This document shows positions 13,733-26,272 of a stretch of DNA of 64,000 nucleotides, one piece after another. The notes below the pieces were generated by a model. It did not search any database and had not been told where the DNA came from. It worked only from the letters and a program-made list of their open reading frames with translations. The stretch comes from Bugula neritina (Eukaryota; Animalia; Bryozoa), in assembly GCA_964035545.1 (NCBI GenBank), contig OZ037767.1:22956628-23020627 (forward strand). The letters run 5' to 3'. Numbering within the stretch: position 1 is the first letter of the stretch; every line of letters starts with the position of its first letter. A program made the position numbers and the translations under genes.

Positions 13733-16700
13733 TCAAACATCATCAAGTGCCAGGATTTTGCTCTCACTGTCTGAGAATTTTGGTTTATTGAGATGCTCTA
13801 AGGAAGACTTGAAAACAGCAGGGTGTTTATGCTGGTATATCCGATAGAGTGCCAATACTATCTCACATAATATCACTTCATTGACATTCTTCCCTATAAG
13901 CCTAAGGATAAACACACCATCTTGCTTGAGGTAGTGTGTTGCAAATCGGTTTATCTGTCTTCGGTCTATTTTCTTCTTATAATGATAGTCAGGCATCATT
14001 TTGATATATTTTTTTAGAAACTGAACACGGGTGTGTCCAACAATGTCCCACAGCCAAAGTATGATGGATATGAAAGTGAAGATTGTTACAAACACTAGCC
14101 AGAACCAAATAAATAAATATATTTTTTCATTAAATAGGTTGATTGGCAAGACGCACTGGACAGTGTGCCTGTGAGTATTTCCTCCAAACTGCCGAACCTT
14201 GAAGCTACAGAGTGTAGATCTTGGAAATCGTACAGACTCGCCCACATCTGTGCCATTGAAAAGCTTTCCTATCACTTCAAATCCGTATATGGTGAAGCCA
14301 TTTCCAACAAATAGATTGAGCAGAAAAAGTTGTCCGAAGGCGTTTATCAAGTACATCAGCTTGACCATGAAATAGACTGATATCATGTAATTCCCATACT
14401 TCTTACCTAAACGTGTAATAAATGTTGCTATTTAAAAACCCTTAGCTATGCACACGAGATTTGTGGCTAAAATAGCCACAGTTCAACCCATAGCACTCAG
14501 ACCACATGAAGTAGTAAAGTCATTTAAGGAAATAGAGATCTCACCTATACAGATGTAATGAGCGAATTTGCTGAATATATTCGGTTTTGGCTGCTCTCTT
14601 GTACAGAGAAATTTATCTAAATGCTGTGTAACAAATCTCACAGCTTTCTCTCGGACATCTTGGTTTATAATTGTGCTGTCCGTTAGAATCTTCACTATAT
14701 GCTTGAGGTCACATCCTGTCCGATGATTAAGCGCTTTCCACGCCTACAAAGAGAAAAGCTGGCTGTCAGTTAAATCTACTGTGAAATAATTTGCCACTAA
14801 TTATTGCATTATTAATTATTACTTTTAGTACTGTCTATAACTGGTGCTACTGTAAAAAGCTAATTAAAGCTTCTTGTATGCAAGCTGTGGGGTACAAAGA
14901 AATAAAAATGTGTTATGTACCTTGCAGAAAAAGTTATGACATCATCAGTATGAATATGCATGTAGTCTATATGCATTTATATGCATGTATATGCATATAT
15001 ATGTATAAATATGCATATATATGCATGAATGTATATTTTTGTATTATATGCATGTATATACATATATATGCATGAATACGCATGTGTATGCTTGCAAATA
15101 CAGGTGTATGCATGAATATGTACATTCATATTTTTATTTGAATTTTAATCTAAAAGTTCTATTGAATTGTTAGAAATGTTTGTATGCAAGCATAGTACTT
15201 AGACCTATAAAGGAATGTGTAATATTTTTAATATTGGCAAGCCTATCAGTAAGATAAAATACTGTACTCTGTAATTAGCTGCTAATTCTGCTACACCCCT
15301 TCTAGCTACACCATTTAATACAGCCATACCATGTAATATTCATTATTACATTTCTTTGGGCAACTTTTCATAGAGTTATGTAAGAAATAATTGTATCTAT
15401 TGAAATTATTGGCTACATTGCTACTCTATGCTAATTAGCATTATTCTTTTAAGAAACTAAATATACTAATTTTCTATTTCACCACATAACTTAACATTTC
15501 ATAACAAGATACAGTATATTATAAATTGTTATACTCTAGTGTTGGTATTCTGTAGCAACTTAACTGCAAAGTCATATTTAATCTGCAAGTAAAAAGCTAA
15601 GCATTTAATTTCAGGTGGAAATAGACATACAATTATTTTTTTAGAGTGGTTGTTGAAATCTGCAGCAATATTTTAGAAAAAGTTACTGAAGTCTGCAGAA
15701 ATAGTAGTTGCTGGAATCTGCAGGAATATTCTAGATTAGCTTTTGAAAAGTTGGTGAGACGATCTATAACCCACTAGTCCTTATTTCCTACAGTCCTATA
15801 CAAATTTTATTTACTAACCCAGAGTTGGCATACTATGCAAAACTGTTTATTTGATTTGTGTTTTAGATTTTATACATTCTTAGTGCATGCTGGATTCCTA
15901 AAGCATATTAGAACTACCCCTGGAGCAGTGAAGGCTCGAATGTTAAGAAACAACAGCCCTAAGTGTAATAAAAGCTAATGTTTGTCAAGAAAGATATTTT
16001 ACCATATAGGGAAGGTAGAAAAGAAGTGCTTGGACAATAAGAACAATAGGAACCCATTGATAGTAGTTGATTTCAGTTGTAATGTCATCATCTTTGTTGG
16101 GGATGACTTCATCAAGTGGTATGTAATATGTATTCTTTATCCAACACATATTATCTGTATAGTCTCTCATGGAGCTAGTAAATGTACCAGGTACCTGCAA
16201 TTTAGTGTCACATTTTGTTAACTGTATAATATTCAGCTCTCTTTATTCTAACATAAACCATACTATACATTGTGTTTATATATATAAAAATATATGGAGA
16301 ATAAGGGTTCATCTACACATCACCAAACCTCATATAAAGCAATAAAGCATTCAAATAACAACTTCAATTTCCTATATTATAGAGTTTAGTTTTCAAATAT
16401 GAAAATATCTTAAGCGTTCGCATAGAGCAGTTGTAGGTGGCAGAAGTTCTACAAGTGTCAAAATAAGATACAAATTGAGGTAGTATACAGGTATGGATAC
16501 AGGCAATATGCTATACTATTGTTATGTACATATATGTAATGTGACGCATAACAGCATGGATACATATGTACCGTGTGCTACATAATGTATGCAGTACATG
16601 GTATATAGTACATGACACACAGCACATTGCACATGGTACATGGCACATGGTACGGCACATGTCATGTGGTATATGGCACATACTATATGACACATGGCAC

Positions 16701-16968
16701 ATGACACATGGCACAAGGTGCATGGCACCTGACACATGGCGCAGAGCACATAGCACATGACTCATGACAGAGAGCACATGGCACATGGTGACCGAAGAAC
16801 ACATACCCAGCAGTCTATGGGATCTCCTACATACTGTTTGGTTGACACCACCACACAGAACAACACTAGTATTATTATTGAGTATCTGCACGACATCTTA
16901 TCCGCCTGGTCATCATCCCCTCCCAAGTCAAACTTGATAGCATTGACTGCAGACACTAGTGAAGACAT
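13733..16968 (-). CDS. Innexin (gap junction/pannexin family), 408 aa
   Basis: Exons 16968-16807, 16194-16003, 14743-14545 and 14406-13733. Motifs DDDQADKMS, QYVGDPIDCW, CWIKNTY, YYQWVP, FPRSTLCSF and QCVLPINLFNEKIYLFIWFW; four hydrophobic segments and two Cys per extracellular loop. Confidence 0.96.
16560..16790. repeat. Degenerate 7-bp tandem repeat (GCACATG-like) in innexin intron 1
   Basis: Directly visible; generates spurious Cys/His-rich ORFs. Confidence 0.85.
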
Positions 16969-19722
16969 CCTAGCAGCTGTTTCTCTGCACAAACAGAATC
17001 TGAAAGACAGTATATAGGTGTCACATCATCTGCTGGTAGATGCTCAGTAAATGTCCGTTACATAGATGTTTTCTGTGACGATATTTTAAATAATCATTTT
17101 ATAGCATAGTATATCTTAAATTTTACTTGAAATTCAACAATTAACTAATTGTATCTGCACTATAACGTAGGAAATTTTTTGGTTTACTGTCATCTAACTA
17201 TAAGCCTAATTTTTAGCATGAAAATCTAAATTAAATTTAACAGCAGAAAAAGCTATAGCACATAAAGTGCATCAATTTCTTATTGCAAGTAAAATCTTTT
17301 AAAGTATGCTGTATTTCTTACTTTGATTTCGTAAGGGTTTCGTTTAGTTTCGTTGAAAATTTTAAGTTTATAATGTTTACCTGGAGCAATAAATACTCTT
17401 AAAATTCAAGTTGGACTTAGTTAAAAAACTTTAAAGATTCTAATTTTTAATTTGAATGAAGAAGTAATTAATAGCAGCTAGTATTGCAGTAGCAATATAA
17501 TGGGCTCTAAATAAAATTTCTTTGTTATTAAATTTAACCAGCCAGTTGTTTACAAAGAATTATTTTATCCATGAATAGAGTGTGTTTCAATTCAGTAAAA
17601 GGCCTTTTCTTGTGTGCAACTGAAACTAACGAATGTTGGGGTGGGGAGGTATAGAATTACAATGACGACAGCATTTATTAAATGAAATCTAATTTGGTAT
17701 ACTACCTACTGTAATTTAGTACGTAGGAGTTATCAAATAAATGCTAAAAAAAGAATGAAAATAAGATACAGCTTCAACCGTTTGAAAAAGGCATTAAATA
17801 TTGGAGAAGAACTGCATGAACCGCATCTCTGGCCAAACTATAAACTCCAAAAAGCCTAACAAACTAACAACTTTCTGCAGATTTGTTAAAGAGAATACAG
17901 CATTTTACTAATTTTTCTAAAGTTTATACAGTCAAAACTAATGACAGTAGAATTTTAAATAAAAATTTAATAGTACCCACCTACAGAGTGTTGTCTTTGA
18001 GTCAAAGTAAAGAAGGATTAGGTGTTAGTCCTTGTTTAGCTGCCGCAGGTATTTACGAGTGTGGATGTAACAGGGATTGTAGAGCTAGGTAATACAGTTG
18101 CAGGTACAGTTAGAATGCCTCTCATTTCTAACAGCCCAGTTATGAGTGCAATATTCATCAGCACACTGTTATATTCTACAATAAACGTGAGCCATAAAAC
18201 TGTATGCAGCACTGCATACTGCTGATCATTCCGTAGGAACGTCTAATTTGCTGGAATATTTATTGTTCATTACGTATAGAATCCAGCCTTCCCCTACAAC
18301 TTTATTACCTGACCAGCCAAAGTGTAGAAGGCATAATAGTTCAGGGATTAGAAGTTGAATACTGCATATTTTGGAAAAGTGCAAACTCTCAAATTTTAAT
18401 CTGTGTTTAAGAATCATTTCTTATGTAACTTTCTTTTATAACTGCTCAACAGTTATAAAAGAAAGTTACATAAGATTATATGCGGATCAAAGGGCTAGAC
18501 TTGTTAAAGGCCTTGCAAAAGCAGGCCTTTACAAATTTAGCCTATCCGATTAAACTCATTGCTGACCAAAACACAATCACGTAAATTGCCAACCCTAAGT
18601 TTAGTACTTATGGACATTTTATTAGAAGTTCCAACCAGGTTCCTAAAAAACATATTTTACAATTGCAATTGCTGTACGGAATTTCAAGAGCATAAAAGAT
18701 AATTCTCACCATTGCATAACAAAAATTAAAAGCTTATATAACAAGTAGAAAACCATGAAGTACAGACAATTTCAAGTTTTAGTTGTGATGCCTTATATTA
18801 TTATAGTTTCACAACCTACATTCTAATGTTCTACAACAAAATTAATGTTGCACAGTTAAGTAACCACTTCATAGTTACCAATTACTATTGTTGTGATCAT
18901 TACAATTCTTCAATATTTCTATAAAAACTTCACAGCTCTTTTATACAAATTAGTGATAATATTTTTATGTTTGGAGCAAAATTTAGCAAATTAATAATTA
19001 ATTTGGTATGTTTATAGATAGTCATATTGAGCTGTAAACAATTCACTTGATATTGCTTAAAATATTACACTATCTGTTTTTTTATCATTTAATTAGTTAT
19101 ATTATATATAATACTTTGTATATAAAAAAGTGAAAAGATATTATTATCACAGTTTGGAATGTATCAATTATCATTATTTACATTACTCACATAATAATAA
19201 TACTAACATGTTTTCATTATGAAAAATGGCTATATTCTCAACCCTCCCGTGCTTTCATTGAGCATGGTTTATAAGAAACCCACTCTTGTAACATAAATCT
19301 ATTGTTACTTAATAAAAGCAGTATAATTAAATTGGCTGAGCTACTAAAAGTTTCTTGAATCAAAGACAAAGCACTGCACATAAACCTTGGCCTTAATGAG
19401 GTTTTGTAAAGCTGCACCCCTTGCTTTTGATAAAAGTTCCCGTTCGAACTATAAGGCTACACTGCAAGTTTCCAACATCAAGCAACTGCCTTAGTTAATT
19501 TCAATTGCACTTACTTTCTCATCAATGTTTGTACTAAAAGTCATTTTACATAAACAGCAAGCTTGTATAACATTTTTACTTATGTAGATCTCACATTCTT
19601 ATGAAATGTTCTATAAATTTATAAAAGTCAAATCAAAACTCAAAAATCAATTACATATAAAATTTTCCTTATTAATTTTTAGCTTTGTTTTAATAAACAT
19701 GTTAGCCAAGTTTAGTTGTTAA

Positions 19723-20491
19723 AGGATTGCTCTATCTTAGTTTATTACAATCACATAATAATTATGAACTATAATCTAATGTGTATGCAAACAATTGTGA
19801 CTTTGCAAAGGGATAGATGCCTAGAAAACAGCTTTTCAAAATTCCAATTTTGAGGGAGGTAAAATTTTCAGCCATGAAAAAGAATAGCCTAATACGTGAC
19901 GTGTGAACGCCAGTAACTATGCTGCACGTGCTAACTATAACGCTAGTATTCAAGGTTGCTGAGCGCAACATCAACCAATAACGCTCAAGCAGTTACAGTG
20001 CGCTATATAGGTCAGCTTTGGTGCGCCCGTAATATTGCACAATCTGACCTATTTTAGATCAATCGCAGGCATTCATCCTAAAGAATGCATGTTTTTGCAA
20101 TGCTTTTTTTCTATGCTTACAAGCAAAATATGGCCTAATGTTATCACATACATGCTATTTAACATGTCAAAAAACTATAGATTGAGATAATTCACATTTG
20201 CACTTCTATAAATATACAAATTACGAGCTGAAAGATCACATCTCACAGTCATATTTCTATAATTATTCATTTGTATAGTCACGTGACCAGCAGGAATGCT
20301 GGCGCTGTTACGTCACAGTTCCCAGCTCATTTCAAAATCGGCGTTTTGGCTGTTACCAATCTACACCCTCAACTTCAACTAACTTTTTCTACCTTTGGTC
20401 AAATGCTTTTCGTCAATGCATGCTTAGAAAAACACAATATTATGTGTGTTTGACCTAAATGGCCATTTATTAGACAAGATAGAGCAATCCT
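19723..20491. mobile_element. Non-autonomous Kolobok-type DNA transposon (769 bp)
   Basis: 16-bp TIR AGGATTGCTCTATCTT...AAGATAGAGCAATCCT flanked by TTAA on both sides (19719-19722, 20492-20495). Purine (AGG) termini with a TTAA TSD fit Kolobok rather than piggyBac (CCC/CCT termini). Confidence 0.8.
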
Positions 20492-21245
20492 TTAACCATT
20501 AATCGCTTGTGTTTCGGTTTTAACTATGAATGCTCATGTGTTTGATAAACCCAGCTGCGTGCATTAGTTTTACTTTGTGGTTTGTTATAATCATACAAAT
20601 ATTTTGGGCAAATCTTGTAACCGATATTTAAATTTTGGCTTAATATATTATTTGCTGAAAAGCAAACAAGATTGGTATTGTCTGAATATTTTAAACTAAT
20701 AAAACTATTCACGGAGTGGGTAGAATAACAAGGCAGCATAACTTAAAACAAGACAGCATAACTTAAAACAAGACAGCATAGTAACTACCATTGTTATAAC
20801 TGTTATGGGAGCTTAGCATACAGTTGATTCATGTTTCACCCACTCAATCATACTTGAGTTTAACACTAATCACGTTATTAATAAAAGTAAATTTACTTTC
20901 AACTTATCCGAGTTTACTTTAAAAAATGATTTTAATGTTTTGCATGCTAAAAGAAAAACTGATGTGTCATGCCCGAGTGTTATGTTATATGACAAACAAA
21001 TCTAGCTGATCATAAGTTGAAATCATGAAATATAAGTACATTGTCAATAGATATGCTTTCATGATCAGTTGTCAAGATTTGATGGTAGATTTTTAGATTT
21101 ATGTTTTTACATTAATGTTCCCTAGCTCTATGAAATACACAAGGTGGAACTATGTAAGCTTGTTATATATTTGCAAGATGTTTCAGTGCAAGCTATTCTA
21201 TAGACAATATTATGTTGACGTTTTGTGTATTTAATGTTTCGTATA

Positions 21246-21700
21246 TTTAATATTAAATCTGTTTTTAAAAGAACTCGCCAATTAAAATTAACTGAAAGTC
21301 TTTATATCAGACATCTTAAGCTTGACTTCTTCTAAAATCACTCATTTCTTTTGAAGCCATACCAATAAACTTCAACTGATCATTACAATTTTGTTTTTAG
21401 ATACTCAAGCATTGATTTATATTTATATGAATAAAACATTATGCTACGCATTTGTATAATCCTTTAAGATAATATTATTTTACTTTGATTTATCATAATA
21501 TATAGTTGTCATAAGGTAGCTTCACCCTTCACCTTGTGTCATACATACAGCTTAACTTGAGTTCTAACTTTTAAATTTCCCTCAACCTCTGAAGATGGAT
21601 GGTACCCGAAATACAAGTTTACTTTATTTATATGAGTAAATTAGTAAAAAATATTTCTCATTCATTTACTTTTATTATAGTTGTAAATCCTGTATTTTAT
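21246..21700 (+). mobile_element. Old 5'-truncated Penelope-like element remnant (GIY-YIG C-terminus plus pLTR with degenerate hammerhead)
   Basis: 21246-21368 reads FNIKSVFKRTRQLKLTESLYIRHLKLDFF*NHSFLLKPYQ*, which aligns with the ORF end at 52115-52183. Downstream, TAACTTTTAAATTTC...CTGAAGATGGATGGTACCCGAAATAC (21565-21614) matches the pLTR/ribozyme region at ~52398-52457. Confidence 0.65.
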
Positions 21701-24700
21701 AGAAAATTTTAGCTAAAAGTGAATATTTTGACATGTGAAGTTTTTTAAATTTGCAGCGAAAATGTAAATCAAATTTTAAAACACTATAGGCATAAAGTTT
21801 TATATGCTTTTGAGTTGTTTTTTAATCAGATAACTTTCAATTTTTAAATAAGGCTGTGCATTATAATAGTTATATGATAGACAAAATATAACAATATTAC
21901 TTATTTGTTGAGAATTCAAAGTAGTAAAATTTTGCAGCAAAATGCAGTTCAACAACCTAGTGAAGCAATCTAATTGATTTAGATTTGTATAATATTTTCA
22001 GATGAGGCTTTTAATAAATTCATATAGATTTGACAATTTTCAAGTAAAACCACTTGTTAGATAGATTGAAAAAAATACATTGAATAAGTAAAATTTAACA
22101 CTGGTCACAATCCTAGGGTAATTACAGCTAAAATGAGCATGAGTTTGCTTATTATAATTATAAACTGTGAACCATAATATAGTATTACCTCATAATGCTA
22201 AGTTTTGTGGTTTTTCCAACAAACTAGTACATTAAATGTATCCTATTTAGTAAGCTTATCTAGCTATAGCAAAACTATTGCGGTACAATATGTTAGTTGA
22301 TGACACATAGTGAATACAATAATAGGTAGAATAGCTATTAATATCCAAAAACTTGTAAGTTTGTAATATTAAATGCTGCATAAATACCTAAAACATTACT
22401 TATAAGCCAGTTGAGTCTTTTAAATGACTATAATTTTGATTAACTAACAACATTTTAAACTCAATCATCTCTGTAGTGTAAATCAGCCACCATTTTGCTA
22501 GTCATTAAGCACCATTGCTGTATTTGGTAGGTAACTTACCGATTAGCTGTGCTCATTACTGCTCCCATCTAAGATGCCATTATGAATCTTCTATTTACAC
22601 TGAATGAGTCTTTGCATAGTTATTCAAAAATAATTATTCCAACAAATTAATCATATAGTAGATGAAAATAAACTGCAGCTGGGCATAAATCAAGAGTGTT
22701 TATTACGTAGAAAGTAATATAAAGAAAGATCACACGCTGAGTATAAATTTCATATTTACCAAAGAGTATAAATTTCATTTGCAGTTTACTAATTATATAA
22801 AAGCTTTTACATGCCTAATTGTTCTAACTCAAGCTGTTTCCAATGTCTTCTCAGTGAGTTCAATAAAGATTAGAAACAATAGCTATAGTTTATTTACAAT
22901 ATATTATGTTATGCTCCGTAGTAGACTATATTCAACAGCTTTGGCTAGATTACATTTAACATAACAGTGTGTTGTTAACAACAGCATTACAGTTAGGCTA
23001 ATTTAACTTATTACAATAAAGTGCTGCATACAGTTGTGCAGCGTTTAGAACTAATTTATTTGGAATAATTACTGCCTATCAAAGGATATTTCCAACTACA
23101 CAAGAAGATAGAAAGCACTCTAATATGTTTGTCACATATAAAGCACTCTTTGACTGCTGTACCTGTTGACAGCATGTCTGAGTCAGATTTCGGCAGCTGG
23201 GCTCAGTCCTGCAACCACACTAGATCTGATTTTACTACTAAAATCTACAGAGAAAATTAGCACAAGTCGTACACTACAGCCTTAAATATAAAGAACGTTT
23301 TAAAAAAATACCCTGATTCTTGTAAACAAACAAATTAGTTAGGCTACAAAGTTTTTTCAGCCTTAAATTTTAATTCTAGCTTTAACTTTAGGTTGTATGA
23401 CTACAGAAGTTTATTTTTATAATGAGTTTTGTACGTTTTGAATCTTTTGCTTGCAAAATTTAACATTATTTTTGTATGTTAATTTATAAAAACTAAATTT
23501 CACATTGGACTTAATTTAGCCATTAATTTAATAGGGAATGAGAAATTTAAAAAAATTGTCGAATTTACTAGATACTGAAAAATTTTCAATGACTTCAACA
23601 GATTGAATTGGAAATTACAGCAAATAAGTAAAAACAGAAGGGGAGGGTAGAATTTGGCAGTTATAGACAAATTATAGTTATATACCAGGCAAATTAAATT
23701 AAGAAGATAACTTCGAACAAATCACCCTAAACAATAAATAACGGTTCTGATAACTTTAGAAAGTTCCTGATATTCTTGTCTCTTTCAGATTATGATGCTT
23801 TATCATAATCAGTTAAGGATGGGATCTTTCAACATAGAAAGCTTATTTCAAATACTAAAGAAACAATTTGTTGCTTTAGTTTCCCATAGGTTAAAAGGAA
23901 TTGCCACTTTAGAGCTTATCAATTACAGCTTCTTTTAGTGTTAATTATAATAAAAAAGTGGCTGTAGTTTTTTTTTTTACAAATCACTGATAAACATTTT
24001 AAAAGATTAGTACTAAAATATTATTCAATGGTAGCATGCATAAGAGATAGTTAATTATTTGGCAGCCTATAGCGCAAGACTACCTTATTAGCAGAGGTTT
24101 CAAAATTACACCAATTTATGTTTATGGCTTTGTTTGGAGTGTGCTGGTTTATCATTCATAAAAAAAGGCTCCAATAATGATTTCAAAAATATTATTTTTT
24201 AGATAATTGTAATCGTGGATGGGCTCCCTAATTGTTTGCTTATATTGAGTTAAATACAAATGATGCTAGCTGTTAAAATTGAACAGTTGTAAAAGCAATT
24301 CTGCGAATTACACTAACAAACACAATCACTATAAAAAATGTCAAATCAAGCAAATAATAACTTTTCAAATGCTTTTATAGTGCAGTATTTACAATGCAAA
24401 AATATACAAATAACCCTCAACCAAAAAATACGATCAGCAAAATATGTTTATAATATTACTGCATTTGAAGTTATCTTCTAATGTTTATTTGCTATGCACA
24501 GCGCGTATGCTTTATACATTTTGCACCTGTTTCCGTATAATAATAATCGCCAATGCCAATGCTTATCGTTACACTTGCAAATACACTTGGAGTTATAATA
24601 TTAATAATATTAGTAGCTATTTTATTCATAATAATTGGTGATTACTTTTAGTATTGATCATCGTTAATTTGACTACAAACTAGCATCTCTAAAGTTGTTT

Positions 24701-26272
24701 TTTTCCAAGTTTTTCTTGATACTTGTACTGAGTCTGACATTCATACTGATACTGATAGATTTGTAGTACTAGTAGTAGTAGTAGTAGTACTAGTAGTAGT
24801 ACAAGTAGTACTAGTAGTCTATGATATTCATATTGATACTCTATGTCATAGTGATACTGATAGTAATACGTCTAATAGTAATACTAATAGTTTAAATAAG
24901 TAAGCAATGAATAACTTCAAGTATATTAATAATAATTATATAATAAATATATTAATATATATTAAATTTAATATAATAAATATAATTATAATAATAATAT
25001 AACTATAACCTATAGGCTAGAGGCTATAGTATAAGTCTTGGAATAGTGGATATTCATATTTGAAGTTATCTTTAAGTTTATATTTCACTTTCTCATTCTG
25101 TTGTTAATATTTTTATTACCGGTATTTATTTATTAAACTTGCAATACCTAACTTATAACTTATAGTTATAAGTTTAAGTATAACTATAAAATTGAGTATG
25201 AAATTAGAGTGCAAAGTAATTTTGTTATTATAATTATAATACAGCAGCATAGGTCTAAAAATTTTAATAATAAAATGAAACTATTGCTATAGCCTACACA
25301 CAATTATATTTTATCATAGCCTATTTGCATTTAGTAATGGCATAAATTGTAAGTAAGTAATTATTATAAAATTGTGACGAGTCATTTGTATATTAGAATT
25401 AAATATAATTATGAAACAGTTGCATGTAGTCTCACAGTAACATTATTTGAACTACTGTTGATGTAAAATTAAAATTTACATCAAACTTGTAGTTAATAAC
25501 TATAGATGTTGCATTGGTATAATTATAATTTTAAATTAAAATTAAATAGCATAAATTAAACTAAAGCAAATAATGTTAAGATTTAAAATTAAAATTTAGG
25601 AGAAAAATTTTATCAGCTTCTAATTCCCATTTGAGAAAATCAAAAGCAAGCCAAAAGTAAAATTCGAGCTGTTGGACAAGACAAACAGGGAAAACGTAAA
25701 TTACATAATTATGATTTAGCCAACTGCTTTCAACACTCAATTCTGATGAACATATGACTGGGTATTTTTTGTCATTATGTATTATGTATAAGTTCAATTA
25801 CTGTTGCTTATTCAACAACTGCTATTGTTGTTACAATGTATTGTAAAGTGATACTTATATCACTAAAATTTAATATGAAGTTGTTATTTTATCTAGTAAG
25901 TAAAAGCTTCAGTGGCAACCTGAATTCATTTTGAAATGTAAATATTCCTTGTTACTAGCTTTTACCTGTTGTTTTTTTTTGGAGATCCACATTTTTAGTA
26001 TAACTTTCAGGGAAATGAATACTAATTAGATCAATAAAATAATTCAATGTGTGGATGACAGTGTAAATTTGTGTCATACTTGCCATAATAGATGGCTGTA
26101 AATTTCATAATTTTATGTGATGTTTTTATTAAGTTAGCTTAAAGATGAAATTCTAGTGATAGAGTGTTATAGACATGTAAAGAAATTGATAAAAATTTGT
26201 AACTATTAATTAGTGTGTCTGTGTATTAGAAATATCATCAATTTGTTTGTAATTTTATGTTTCAGAGTAAAA

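Noticed and set aside
16511-16891. Cys/His-rich ORFs resembling metallothionein
   Set aside because: They are translations of a 7-bp tandem repeat inside innexin intron 1.
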